DNA from: a virus
Taxonomy: Duplodnaviria; Heunggongvirae; Uroviricota; Caudoviricetes
Length of the DNA: 14,063 nucleotides
IMG/VR virus record: IMGVR_UViG_2693429635_000015
Reading direction: 5' to 3' (one strand)
Of the stretch, positions 1-8,338 are shown piece after piece. The notes under the pieces are model-generated. The model worked only from the letters and a program-made list of their open reading frames with translations, ran no database searches and was not told the DNA's origin. The translations under genes were made by a program, and so were the position numbers. Position 1 is the stretch's first letter. The number at the start of each line of letters is the position of its first letter.

Positions 1-957
1 CCCCAGTTCCAGCCCCGGACGCCACAGATAGTTACCCTCGGTGTCTTTCAGCAGACGGATGGCAAACAGGCTGTTGTTGTTCATCATGAACTTCGCGCCG
101 GTGCGGTGTGCCTTACGCAGCGTGTAAATCAGTTTGATAATGGCGTCTGCGGTCACCGCCGTCGCTTCGCCGGATACAATATGCTGAAGTTTGCCGAACG
201 CCCGGACCTTATCGGTTTCATCCGTGGATTCATACGCCAGGAACCCTTTCGGCTTCTTGGTACCATCGCCGGTGGTAAAGGCAATTTCTTCCTGTTCGGC
301 AAATTCGGTTGCCAGCTCGCTGTTGATCCAGGCCTCCACGTTGAAAAAGGCATCATCCAGCATTTTCTGGGTGGCCTGCGGGTTACCGTAGATTTCCCCC
401 ATGAAAGGTTCAATCAGTCCCAGTCTGGAGGTGGCAGTCTGGGAGCGCGCGTCAGTCTCGCCAACCCATCCGGAAGCCGTGCCGCCCAGATTCACCAGTT
501 TTTTGTAGTCGGAACCGCCAACGGTGATCACCGCGGCTTCCTGGCGCATCACCACTTCATCTTTCAGCAGGGTCAGAATGTTGCGATCCAGCGCTTCCGG
601 CACGGCATAGCCACCGTCTTCATCGGTGCCCACCTGTAATGCCTTGCGCTCCAGATCACGCAGACCATCTTCACGGCCTTTACGCAGGAAGCCCACAAAC
701 GCTTCTTTATGCTCGGTGGCCAGTTGATTCTGCGCACCACCTGCCGGACGTTTCAGCTCAATCAGCTCTTTTTCAAGGTCGCTTTTGAGATTTTCCAGCT
801 CGCTGAGTTTCCCGTTCAGGGTTTCCACCTGCCCGGCAAGTTTGCCTTTTTCCTGCTCAATCGCATCCACGCGCTTGTCGTTCTTTGCCTTGAAGTCGTC
901 AAACTTCTGCTGCAGCTCCTGCGCGACCTGTTCGACATCTTTAATATCAACCGCCAT
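1..957 (-). CDS. Major capsid protein, HK97 family (partial; C-terminal part lies beyond the window start)
   Basis: Minus-strand frame open from ATG at 957-955 to the window edge, absent from the ORF track because it has no stop in the window. AGGAG RBS just upstream (revcomp of 961-972). My translation begins MAVDIKDVEQVAQELQQKFDDFKAKNDKRVDAIEQEKGKLAG..., a coiled-coil delta domain followed by capsid-like sequence (ALQVGTDEDGGYAVPEAL...). Position directly after the prohead protease fits the HK97 head module. Confidence 0.85.
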   Translation of the reverse strand, partial: MAVDIKDVEQVAQELQQKFDDFKAKNDKRVDAIEQEKGKLAGQVETLNGKLSELENLKSDLEKELIELKRPAGGAQNQLATEHKEAFVGFLRKGREDGLRDLERKALQVGTDEDGGYAVPEALDRNILTLLKDEVVMRQEAAVITVGGSDYKKLVNLGGTASGWVGETDARSQTATSRLGLIEPFMGEIYGNPQATQKMLDDAFFNVEAWINSELATEFAEQEEIAFTTGDGTKKPKGFLAYESTDETDKVRAFGKLQHIVSGEATAVTADAIIKLIYTLRKAHRTGAKFMMNNNSLFAIRLLKDTEGNYLWRPGLELG

Positions 958-971
958 CGTATTTCTCCTGA

Positions 972-1622
972 TTAGAAGTTCAGATTTTTCAGTGCATTCA
1001 GTGCAGAGCCCACATCCTCAGCGTCGCGCAGGGACAGTGCGCCATAGCCCCCGGCCATGAATGCTTTGGCCTGGGTACGGGAGAGTCCGACATCACGCAG
1101 GACTCTTTCGATTTTTTTCTGTTCAGGGATTTCCCCGCGGGCCAGCGCGTTCTTGACGTCGCTGATCCGCGCCTCGTCGTTAGACGGAAACGTCACCAGA
1201 CTGACTTCCCAGAGGTCGATTTCTTTCAGCAAAAAGGCTTCTTTCGTCCGGTCGTATTCCCAGTCTTTCAGGACGTACCCAATAGAAAGGCCGGTTAACG
1301 AACCGGCCTTCATGTGTGCATGTGCGCGTTTTGCCAGGGGATCATCATCAATGAGCAACCGCCCCCTGACGTAAAGCCCGACATCGTCTTCCTTCATTTC
1401 GGTGTAAACTCCGATGGGCTCATCCATGCGGTGCTGCCAGAGCAGCGCAGGTAACGCTTTTCTGTCACTCCACGCCCGCAGGGAAGCAGCAAATGCCCCG
1501 GACATCACCACATCATCGTGGCTGTCCTTTACACCAAAGACGGAGCCATACCCTTCAAACTCACCGGAGTCACTGACAGATTTCAGACTCAGCGGTACAT
1601 CAAGACGTTGTTTCGTCTGCAT
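972..1622 (-). CDS. Prohead maturation protease, HK97 family (S78/U35 type)
   Basis: ORF track 972..1658 contains the GYGSVFGVKDSHDDVV motif region typical of HK97-type prohead proteases and sits between portal and capsid. I prefer the internal ATG at 1622 (AAGGA RBS 7 nt upstream) over 1658, which overlaps the portal by 59 nt and lacks an SD; the start is uncertain. Confidence 0.8.
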   Translation of the reverse strand: MQTKQRLDVPLSLKSVSDSGEFEGYGSVFGVKDSHDDVVMSGAFAASLRAWSDRKALPALLWQHRMDEPIGVYTEMKEDDVGLYVRGRLLIDDDPLAKRAHAHMKAGSLTGLSIGYVLKDWEYDRTKEAFLLKEIDLWEVSLVTFPSNDEARISDVKNALARGEIPEQKKIERVLRDVGLSRTQAKAFMAGGYGALSLRDAEDVGSALNALKNLNF

Positions 1623-2841
1623 TGGCGTTATCCTTCTGCTTACCGGCTTTACTGCCATCGGAGGGTTTCGTGGTCATGTTCATCGGTGTGAGATAGACAT
1701 CACCACCGGGACGCGGATTCATATCTTCGAGGTCGCGGCAGTCATTGGGAGAGTAAATTCCCCAGTTGATCCCGGTAGCGTAGGCTTCAAAACGGGACTT
1801 CATATCCCCGCGCAGTAAGGCCCCGGCGTTAAATTTGGCGTAATAAACGCCCTGCTTACTTTTTCGTACCAGTCCGGTGTTGATCCGCTGCTCAATGCGG
1901 GTCAGATACGGCACCAGTGAATAGTTGATAAATCCCAGCCCCAGCTCTTCGATATTGTTGAAGGTGGCGCGATCGGTGTTCTGCACCATGTGCAATGGCA
2001 CCCGGAACAGACGACAGATTTCTTCAAGCTGAAACTTGCGGGTTTCCAGGAACTGGCTGTCCTCGGCGTTCAGCGCCATCGACTTCCAGTCCAGCCCCAT
2101 CTCAAGGATCATCGGGCGGTGAGCATTGCCAAGCCCGGTGTGACGCTCCTCAAAATCTTTCTTCAGGCGCTCGTAAGCCTGATCTGACAGCGTCTGCTCT
2201 GTACGCAACACACCCGACGTCACCGCACCATTGCTGAACAGTCTGGCCCCGTGCTCTTCGGTCGCTGCCGCCAGCGATATTGCCTCGCGGGCATAGGCGA
2301 TGGGATTCAGCCCCACCAGTCCGTCCAGCGTCAGCGTGCGCACATGCCAGATATCTTCCTGGCTCAGCACATCCGTGGAGCCGTCCGGGAATGTGACCTG
2401 ATAGACCGGCTCCCAGCTACTGTTAAGCTTCGGTACCACACAGCCGGGATCGACGGGCAGCAGTTCAGCCACTTCGCCAAATGCTTTCACTTTGTAGGCG
2501 TAAAAGTTTCCCCGCAGGCACAGACAGGTGACCACCAGCTCCCAAAACTCCTGCGGCGTCATATAGCCATTGGGATGCGTGGAAATCAGCTTATGCAGAC
2601 GTTCGCCGGTGGCTCTCTGTTTCAGGTTGCCGTTCAGGTGATACAGGTTGCAGGGCAACATCCCGACCGACTCTGCCAGCACCCTGACGCAGGAAAAAAC
2701 CGCCGTCAGTCGCATGGCCCGCTGACTGCTGATCTGCTTTCCGGTATAGGTGTCGTAGGACAGCCCGATAGCGTCCGCCAGCTCTGCTGGCGTGGTCACC
2801 GGTGCGTCACTTTTCCGTTGAAATAATCCCGAAAAGAACAC
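1600..2841 (-). CDS. Portal protein, HK97 family
   Basis: 413-aa ORF between terminase and protease, the canonical position. GTG start at 2841 with GGAGGT RBS 5 nt upstream; it overlaps the stop of the upstream small ORF (TAGTG), suggesting translational coupling. Confidence 0.85.
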   Translation of the reverse strand: MFFSGLFQRKSDAPVTTPAELADAIGLSYDTYTGKQISSQRAMRLTAVFSCVRVLAESVGMLPCNLYHLNGNLKQRATGERLHKLISTHPNGYMTPQEFWELVVTCLCLRGNFYAYKVKAFGEVAELLPVDPGCVVPKLNSSWEPVYQVTFPDGSTDVLSQEDIWHVRTLTLDGLVGLNPIAYAREAISLAAATEEHGARLFSNGAVTSGVLRTEQTLSDQAYERLKKDFEERHTGLGNAHRPMILEMGLDWKSMALNAEDSQFLETRKFQLEEICRLFRVPLHMVQNTDRATFNNIEELGLGFINYSLVPYLTRIEQRINTGLVRKSKQGVYYAKFNAGALLRGDMKSRFEAYATGINWGIYSPNDCRDLEDMNPRPGGDVYLTPMNMTTKPSDGSKAGKQKDNANADETTS

Positions 2842-3023
2842 TATTTACCTCCGCCGACAGACGACTGTGTACGGTCGAGATATCGCGCCACCAGCCACGA
2901 CCAGAACAGGCACAGCGCCCCGGCAACAACAAAACCCGCCGGGGGATAAATCAGCCAGGCACCATACGCCAGCAAAAGCGCACCCAGCACGCCCACCAGA
3001 GGCGCTAAAATCAGCATGATCAT
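2841..3023 (-). CDS. Small hydrophobic protein (60 aa, two predicted TM helices), function unknown
   Basis: ATG at 3023 with GAGGT-like RBS. The sequence [49 protein letters not shown] is strongly hydrophobic. It fills the TerL-portal gap exactly and its stop overlaps the portal start. Confidence 0.5.
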
Positions 3024-3034
3024 AATTACCTCAG

Positions 3035-4768
3035 TTAAAGCGAGCGGATCCCATAGGACTCAATGTGGTCAGACAGCGTGTCTTCTTTCTCGTACAGCAT
3101 GGCTCTGCCAACCGCCATAATCAGCGCAACTGCACCGTCAATTTTGTTTTCCGCCTGCTCTTTGACGGGCTTCACCACATCATCGTTACCCGGCATGTTT
3201 TTGCCGACCACGTTGCCGATACACCAGGTCATGATGGGATTGCCGTCATGATGAAAACGTCCCGATTCAATCGCTGCTTCCAGCTCTTTCATCGGATCGG
3301 ACATATTGGTGAAGTTCTGGACGATAGTGACGGGATTCAGGTCTTCATCAGCAAGGTCATGTGACAGCCCGGTCGCCCCGAAGGGGTCGATGGGTGACTC
3401 GCTGACCGGGCTGATTTTGTTCGCCGCTTTGGCCTCTTCGAGGATGTAGCGATAATCCACCTCTGCACCATCGGTAACGGTCAGGACGCCCATTTCCACC
3501 CATTTCTGAAAGCGTTCGGCTGTCCGGCGATCTTCATTTTTCTCGACGCTGTACACCGTGTCATACGGTACCCAGAAACGCGGGGCCACACTGTAGTAAT
3601 GCGTTTTACCGTCAATCTCGCGGGTATAAAGTCGCGCCATGCTGTTCATATCCAGTTTACGCGCCAGGTCAAAGGCCAGAATGCACGGCTGCCCCTCGAA
3701 TTGCTCAAGAGTCAGTGATTTATCCTCGCAGCTCTGCCAGCTCACCAGGTTGAAATACGCCGAACGCGCCGACACCCAGATATTGAGGTGTTTTGTTTTA
3801 AAGACGTTTGCCAGACGGGCGTTATTCTTCGCACGCTGTTGCTGACTTAACAAAAACTCACGGTAAACCGACACCCCGATATTCGGGTTGGCTTTTTCCA
3901 GCACCTGTGGGTTGGTCCAGTCGTCACCTTCGTCAACGGTATAGATGATCCCGAACAGTTCATCGTTGGGTACCGAACCGTTGAGCATCTCGATAACTTC
4001 CCGCCGTTTGTCGTAGCACGGCCCCTCAATGTTGTACCCGGCAGTAGTAATGGCCCACATCAGTGGCTGACGTCGCGCCCCCATCCCGGTAAGCATCGTG
4101 GTGTAAAGCGCATCGGTGGCGTGCTCGTGATATTCATCCACCACCGCATAGTGGGGTGATGATCCATCACCGGGGTTACCGATCAGCGGTTCAAACCGCG
4201 CGCCATCCTCCGGACGGTTCATGTTTGAGGCGTTAACCTCAATCCCGAACGCTTCCGTCAGCATGGGTGTGCGTTTACACATCAGTCGTGCCGGACGAAA
4301 GACTTCCCATGCCTGTTTCTCCGTCGTGGCACCGGAATACACTTCCGCGCCGAACTCGTTATCACAGGCAAAACAATACAGGGCAACACCGGCAGAGATT
4401 GCCGATTTGCCGTTCTTACGGGGGATTTCGGTATACACCTCCCGGAAGCGGCGCAGCCGGGAGCCTTTATTGACCCAGCCAAACGCGCAGCAGATCACAA
4501 AGAGCTGCCACGGCTCCAGCGTGATGGGCATCCGTTTGAATGCCCACTCACCCTTGGTGTGCGGCAACAGCTGAATAAATTTCGCGGCCCGTTCAGCCTG
4601 GTCCTTGTCGAAGCGGTAACGAAACGACTTACTTTTTTCCGCCATCAGGTCATCAAGATGGCGCTGGCAGGCCTGAATCACAAACTGGCAGGCCACAATC
4701 TTTCCGCGCACGACATCACGGGCATACTGATTGGCAGCATTTACGTTGGGGTAAGATTTCCGGCTCAT
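3035..4768 (-). CDS. Terminase large subunit
   Basis: 577-aa ORF with a Walker A-like P-loop ([10 protein letters not shown]) and acidic motifs (VVDEYHE). ATG at 4768 overlaps the TerS stop in an ATGA arrangement. Position between TerS and portal. Confidence 0.9.
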
Positions 4769-5259
4769 GATTCGATGATTTTCAGAAACGGGTTAGTGGC
4801 TTTCTTCTGCCCCGCCAGGCCAATCAGACGCTGGCGGCTGCTGGGGTCGAGTCCGAGCATTGCCCCCGTGCTGCTCATCTCGGACTCCTGTTCTTTCTTG
4901 GCGGTCAGCTCCGGATTTTTGACCATGCCACCCATTGCACCGGTGATGGTGTTGCCCTGTCTGGCAATATTTTTCACGGCACGTCGCCAGAACTCATAGG
5001 CCACGCACCACCGCTCAAGTACCGCCAGGTCAGTCACGCACAGCAGGCCCTGACCGCAGAGTTCTTTGGTTGTCAGTTGCCACATGATCGTGGCGAGAGG
5101 GAGATCTTCTTCAGCGAACCACTCCGGTGGCTCAACACCTTTGATGGGCGTAAAAACAGGTTCATCTTTATTCAGGGCTCGCTTGCCGGGGTTTCCGGCC
5201 AGCGCCTTGCGCGCCGTTGGCTTGGGGCGACGCCCGGAACGCCCCGCCGTTCCAGCCAT
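4765..5259 (-). CDS. Terminase small subunit (P27-like family)
   Basis: N-terminus [30 protein letters not shown] is characteristic of P27-family small terminase subunits. The first ATG is at 5259 with AGGAG 8 nt upstream; the ORF track's 5268 start is an in-frame GTG that I consider less likely. Confidence 0.8.
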   Translation of the reverse strand: MAGTAGRSGRRPKPTARKALAGNPGKRALNKDEPVFTPIKGVEPPEWFAEEDLPLATIMWQLTTKELCGQGLLCVTDLAVLERWCVAYEFWRRAVKNIARQGNTITGAMGGMVKNPELTAKKEQESEMSSTGAMLGLDPSSRQRLIGLAGQKKATNPFLKIIES

Positions 5260-5268
5260 ATGCGGCAC

Positions 5269-5384
5269 TCCTGGTTAAATTTCATTTTTCGCGGGTATAA
5301 AAAAACGATGGGGCGGGCAGTCCGGAAGACGTCAGGCCGCAGGGATTTGACCCGCCCCTCCCCTCAGGCAGTTGAGAATTATTA
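5269..5384. other. Candidate cos / terminase recognition region (copy A)
   Basis: Intergenic region between HNH and TerS, where HK97-like phages carry cos. It contains a GC-rich imperfect inverted repeat GGGGCGGGCAG ... TGACCCGCCCC flanking a central GACGTC palindrome. The exact cut site cannot be determined from sequence alone. Confidence 0.35.
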
Positions 5385-5735
5385 TCACTTCAACCGTTCA
5401 CGGGCCGTCTTCGCCTTATGACACGGCCAGCACAGACTCTGCAGATTACAGTCGGCATCAGTGCCGCCATGCGCTTTAGGGATGATGTGGTCAACGGTTT
5501 TCGCCTCGCGCACCACACCAGCACGCAGGCACAACTGGCACAGGCCTTTGTCACGCTTGAGCACACGTTCACGGATAACATCCCATTTCGAACCATAACC
5601 GCGCTGGTGTCGGGACTGGCCTGGCTTGTATTGCTTCCAGCCTTCGCTTTTGTGGCTTTCGCAATAGCCTGACGAGTCAGTGGTGGTATGGCGGCAGCCG
5701 CGAACGCGGCAGGCTTTTGGGGTTCGTGGGGGCAT
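5385..5735 (-). CDS. HNH homing-type endonuclease (phage cos-cleavage accessory HNH), copy A
   Basis: Cys-rich N-terminus (CRVRGCRH...CESH) and an HNH motif (DHIIPKAHGG...N...CWPCH). ATG at 5735 with AGAGGA RBS; the start is supported by the near-identical copy B, which begins MPPRTPKACR. Sits immediately upstream of TerS as in HK97-like phages. Confidence 0.8.
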   Translation of the reverse strand: MPPRTPKACRVRGCRHTTTDSSGYCESHKSEGWKQYKPGQSRHQRGYGSKWDVIRERVLKRDKGLCQLCLRAGVVREAKTVDHIIPKAHGGTDADCNLQSLCWPCHKAKTARERLK

Positions 5736-5885
5736 TGCATAATCCTCTTGGATGGTTCGCGTACGATACGTGGCACCCTTCTCAGAATCGAATCGCACTC
5801 CATTCCGGTTTTGCCATAAACGATCTTTTATGCTTCGCTGGATGTAGTTGATAGTTGTTGAAACTCAATGAACAGGAGTTCACAA

Positions 5886-6221
5886 ATGAATAGTTATGAA
5901 TGGGCATGGCTTTTGAACAAAGATGACACCCTATACTTTTTCCCCGTAGGCCATTCTGTAGAAGGTAATTACAAAATTCACTTTGAGTTGAGCGGTAGTT
6001 GTAACCTTAGAGTCTCAGATGCTGAATTGCATGGTAAACCTGTACTGCTGTTCGAATACTTCGATGAAGATGATGACCGCCCTGCAATAATCGAAATATT
6101 AGAAACAACCACTACAACTGTGGAGGCGATGATCGCACATCTGAATAGTATCGATAGTATTTACCATGAACCGATTTACAAAGCTGTTTACGAGTGGGCT
6201 GTAAAGTTTTTCTATCGATGA
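5886..6221 (+). CDS. Hypothetical protein (111 aa from the second ATG), AT-rich accessory gene
   Basis: ORF track 5868..6221. The second ATG at 5886 has AGGAG at 5874-5878 with 7-nt spacing. Composition is clearly AT-rich relative to the phage structural genes. I recognise no family; an acidic stretch (EYFDEDDD) and a TTTT run are present. Confidence 0.55.
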   Translation: MNSYEWAWLLNKDDTLYFFPVGHSVEGNYKIHFELSGSCNLRVSDAELHGKPVLLFEYFDEDDDRPAIIEILETTTTTVEAMIAHLNSIDSIYHEPIYKAVYEWAVKFFYR

Positions 6222-6321
6222 TACTTCGTTATCTTTCTGGCATTCACAATACCTTTACATATTAATGACATGCCAGCACAATACTGTCACTTACAACCGT
6301 TCGGATTACCTAGAGAAAAGT

Positions 6322-6438
6322 ATGATTCAGGATTTACTGATCGAAGCAATTAGTCACGATAGGATGCATAAAAAGTTAAATGAACTGAATGGCTACTTCT
6401 ACAATCGCAAACATGAAACACAAATACGTGATGAGTGA
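6322..6438 (+). pseudogene. Short ORF (38 codons) running into the IS3 left end; probable truncated gene
   Basis: ATG at 6322; the frame stays open to the TGA formed by the first three bases of the IS3 terminal repeat (6436-6438). Weak RBS. Could also be a chance ORF. Confidence 0.3.
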
Positions 6439-6500
6439 TCTTACCCAGCAATAGTGGACACGCGGCTAAGTGAGTAAACTCTCAGTCAGAGGTGACTCAC

Positions 6501-6800
6501 ATGACAAAAACAGTATCAACCAGTAAAAAACCCCGTAAACAGCATTCGCCTGAATTTCGCAGTGAAGCCCTGAAGCTTGCTGAACGCATCGGTGTTACTG
6601 CCGCAGCCCGTGAACTCAGCCTGTATGAATCACAGCTCTACAACTGGCGCAGTAAACAGCAAAATCAGCAGACGTCTTCTGAACGTGAACTGGAGATGTC
6701 TACCGAGATTGCACGTCTCAAACGCCAGCTGGCAGAACGGGATGAAGAGCTGGCTATCCTCCAAAAGGCCGCGACATACTTCGCGAAGCGCCTGAAATGA
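6501..6800 (+). CDS. insE: IS3 transposase OrfA (InsE-like, HTH DNA-binding)
   Basis: 99-aa product [50 protein letters not shown]... matches my memory of IS3 InsE. GAGGTGA RBS upstream of the ATG at 6501. A probable -1 slippery site (CCAAAAG around 6761-6767) lies near the 3' end. Confidence 0.85.
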   Translation: MTKTVSTSKKPRKQHSPEFRSEALKLAERIGVTAAARELSLYESQLYNWRSKQQNQQTSSERELEMSTEIARLKRQLAERDEELAILQKAATYFAKRLK

Positions 6801-7663
6801 AGTATGTCTTTATTGAAAAACATCAGGCTGAGTTCAGCATCAAAGCAATGTGCCGCGTGCTCCGGGTGGCCCGCAGCGGCTGGTATACGTGGTGTCAGCG
6901 GCGGACAAGGATAAGCACGCGTCAGCAGTTCCGCCAACACTGCGACAGCGTTGTCCTCGCGGCTTTTACCCGGTCAAAACAGCGTTACGGTGCCCCACGC
7001 CTGACGGATGAACTGCGTGCTCAGGGTTACCCCTTTAACGTAAAAACCGTGGCGGCAAGCCTGCGCCGTCAGGGACTGAGGGCAAAGGCCTCCCGGAAGT
7101 TCAGCCCGGTCAGCTACCGCGCACACGGCCTGCCTGTGTCAGAAAATCTGTTGGAGCAGGATTTTTACGCCAGTGGCCCGAACCAGAAGTGGGCAGGAGA
7201 CATCACGTACTTACGTACAGATGAAGGCTGGCTGTATCTGGCAGTGGTCATTGACCTGTGGTCACGTGCCGTTATTGGCTGGTCAATGTCGCCACGCATG
7301 ACGGCGCAACTGGCCTGCGATGCCCTGCAGATGGCGCTGTGGCGGCGTAAGAGGCCCCGGAACGTTATCGTTCACACGGACCGTGGAGGCCAGTACTGTT
7401 CAGCAGATTATCAGGCGCAACTGAAGCGGCATAATCTGCGTGGAAGTATGAGCGCAAAAGGTTGCTGCTACGATAATGCCTGCGTGGAAAGCTTCTTTCA
7501 TTCGCTGAAAGTGGAATGTATCCATGGAGAACACTTTATCAGCCGGGAAATAATGCGGGCAACGGTGTTTAATTATATCGAATGTGATTACAATCGGTGG
7601 CGGCGGCACAGTTGGTGTGGCGGCCTCAGTCCGGAACAATTTGAAAACCAGAACCTCGCTTAG
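6797..7663 (+). CDS. insF: IS3 transposase OrfB (InsF-like, DDE integrase core)
   Basis: 288-aa product matching remembered IS3 InsF (…[34 protein letters not shown]…[10 protein letters not shown]…). In the -1 frame relative to OrfA, overlapping it by ATGA. Confidence 0.9.
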   Translation: MKYVFIEKHQAEFSIKAMCRVLRVARSGWYTWCQRRTRISTRQQFRQHCDSVVLAAFTRSKQRYGAPRLTDELRAQGYPFNVKTVAASLRRQGLRAKASRKFSPVSYRAHGLPVSENLLEQDFYASGPNQKWAGDITYLRTDEGWLYLAVVIDLWSRAVIGWSMSPRMTAQLACDALQMALWRRKRPRNVIVHTDRGGQYCSADYQAQLKRHNLRGSMSAKGCCYDNACVESFFHSLKVECIHGEHFISREIMRATVFNYIECDYNRWRRHSWCGGLSPEQFENQNLA

Positions 7664-7693
7664 GCCTGTGTCCATATTACGTGGGTAGGATCA

Positions 7694-7862
7694 AAGCGAG
7701 AGGGAGATCTTCTTCAGCGAACCACTCCGGTGGCTCAACACCTTTGATGGGCGTAAAAACAGGTTCATCTTTATTCAGGGCTCGCTTGCCGGGGTTTCCG
7801 GCCAGCGCCTTGCGCGCCGTTGGCTTGGGGCGACGCCCGGAACGCCCCGCCGTTCCAGCCAT
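7694..7862 (-). pseudogene. Terminase small subunit 5' fragment (first ~56 codons) truncated by IS3
   Basis: Identical to the N-terminal coding part of the 4765..5259 TerS ([18 protein letters not shown]...EEDLPLA). The reading frame then runs into the IS3 right end (ORF track 7677..7871). Confidence 0.75.
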
Positions 7863-7871
7863 ATGCGGCAC

Positions 7872-7987
7872 TCCTGGTTAAATTTCATTTTTCGCGGGTA
7901 TAAAAAAACGATGGGGCGGGCAGTCCGGAAGACGTCAGGCTGCAGGGATTTGACCCGCCCCTCCCCTCAGACAGTTGAGAATTATTA
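7872..7987. other. Candidate cos / terminase recognition region (copy B)
   Basis: Same GGGGCGGGCAG...GACGTC...CCCGCCCC architecture as 5269..5384, differing by three substitutions that I could see. Confidence 0.3.
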
Positions 7988-8338
7988 TCACTTTAACCGT
8001 TCACGGGCCGTCTTCGCCTTATGACACGGCCAGCACAGACTCTGCAGATTACTGTCAGCATCAGTGCCGCCATGCGCTTTAGGGATGATGTGGTCAACAG
8101 TTTTCGCCTCACGCACCACACCAGCACGCAGACATAACTGACACAGACCTTTGTCACGCTTCAGAACACACGCGCGGATACTGTCCCACTTCGAACCGTA
8201 GCCGCGCTGATGACGGGATTGTCCAGGTTTGTATTGCTTCCAGCCTTCGCTTTTGTGGCTTTCGCAATAGCCTGACGGGTCAGTGGTGGTATGGCGGCAG
8301 CCGCGAACACGGCAGGCTTTTGGGGTTCGTGGGGGCAT
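7988..8338 (-). CDS. HNH endonuclease, copy B
   Basis: 116-aa ORF with the same HNH motifs as copy A. ATG at 8338 with AAGGAG RBS 8 nt upstream. Confidence 0.8.
   Translation of the reverse strand: MPPRTPKACRVRGCRHTTTDPSGYCESHKSEGWKQYKPGQSRHQRGYGSKWDSIRACVLKRDKGLCQLCLRAGVVREAKTVDHIIPKAHGGTDADSNLQSLCWPCHKAKTARERLK

Larger units (their letters stand above)
5093..5736. repeat. Direct repeat copy A (~644 bp: 5' end of TerS, candidate cos, HNH gene)
   Basis: Aligned by eye to 7696..8339. The TerS and intergenic part looks essentially identical (three intergenic substitutions noted); the HNH half carries many substitutions (5 amino-acid differences in 116). Confidence 0.85.
6436..7693 (+). mobile_element. 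IS3 insertion sequence (IS3 family), complete, 1258 bp
   Basis: Terminal inverted repeats TGATCTTACCCAGCAATAGTGGACAC... (left, 6436-) and ...GTGTCCATATTACGTGGGTAGGATCA (right, ending 7693). Two overlapping transposase ORFs in 0/-1 frames. Length and ends match IS3 as I remember it. Flanking triplets GAG (6433-6435) and AAG (7694-7696) are not identical, so no clean 3-bp target-site duplication. Confidence 0.9.

Noticed and set aside
106-639. Plus-strand ORFs (106..639, 191..391, 709..975, 785..1060) and minus ORF 153..413 overlapping the capsid gene
   Set aside because: They lie antisense to or out of frame with a well-supported HK97-type capsid gene, have odd composition (Gly/Arg/Ser-rich) and lack RBSs; typical shadow ORFs of a GC-rich coding region.
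1057-3008. Plus-strand ORFs 1057..1374, 1414..1818, 1990..2237, 2251..2826, 2802..3008 inside the protease and portal genes
   Set aside because: Antisense shadow ORFs of strongly supported minus-strand genes; no RBS or recognisable motifs.
3063-4999. Plus-strand and alternate-frame ORFs within the terminase large subunit region (3063..3364, 3639..3845, 3847..4029, 4221..4574, 4267..4473, 4282..4482, 4559..4999)
   Set aside because: All overlap the 577-aa terminase gene, which has clear ATPase motifs; none has independent support.
5390-5803. Alternate-frame minus ORF 5390..5803, the extended 137-aa form of HNH(A) 5385..5798, plus-strand ORFs 5066..5278, 5077..5421 and 5418..5672, and the copy-B equivalents 7681..7881 and 8161..8355
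   Set aside because: Copy B of the HNH gene starts at MPPRTPKACR with a strong RBS, so the N-terminal extension in copy A is probably not translated. The other ORFs are out-of-frame or antisense overlaps of HNH and TerS.
6577-7675. ORFs 6577..6795 (+), 6665..6940 (-) and 7400..7675 (-) inside IS3
   Set aside because: They overlap the well-characterised IS3 orfA/orfB; IS3 is not known to encode additional proteins.
6433-7696. Target-site duplication flanking IS3
   Set aside because: The 3 bp on each side are GAG and AAG, not identical, so I do not call a TSD; this is used as evidence for rearrangement rather than simple insertion.
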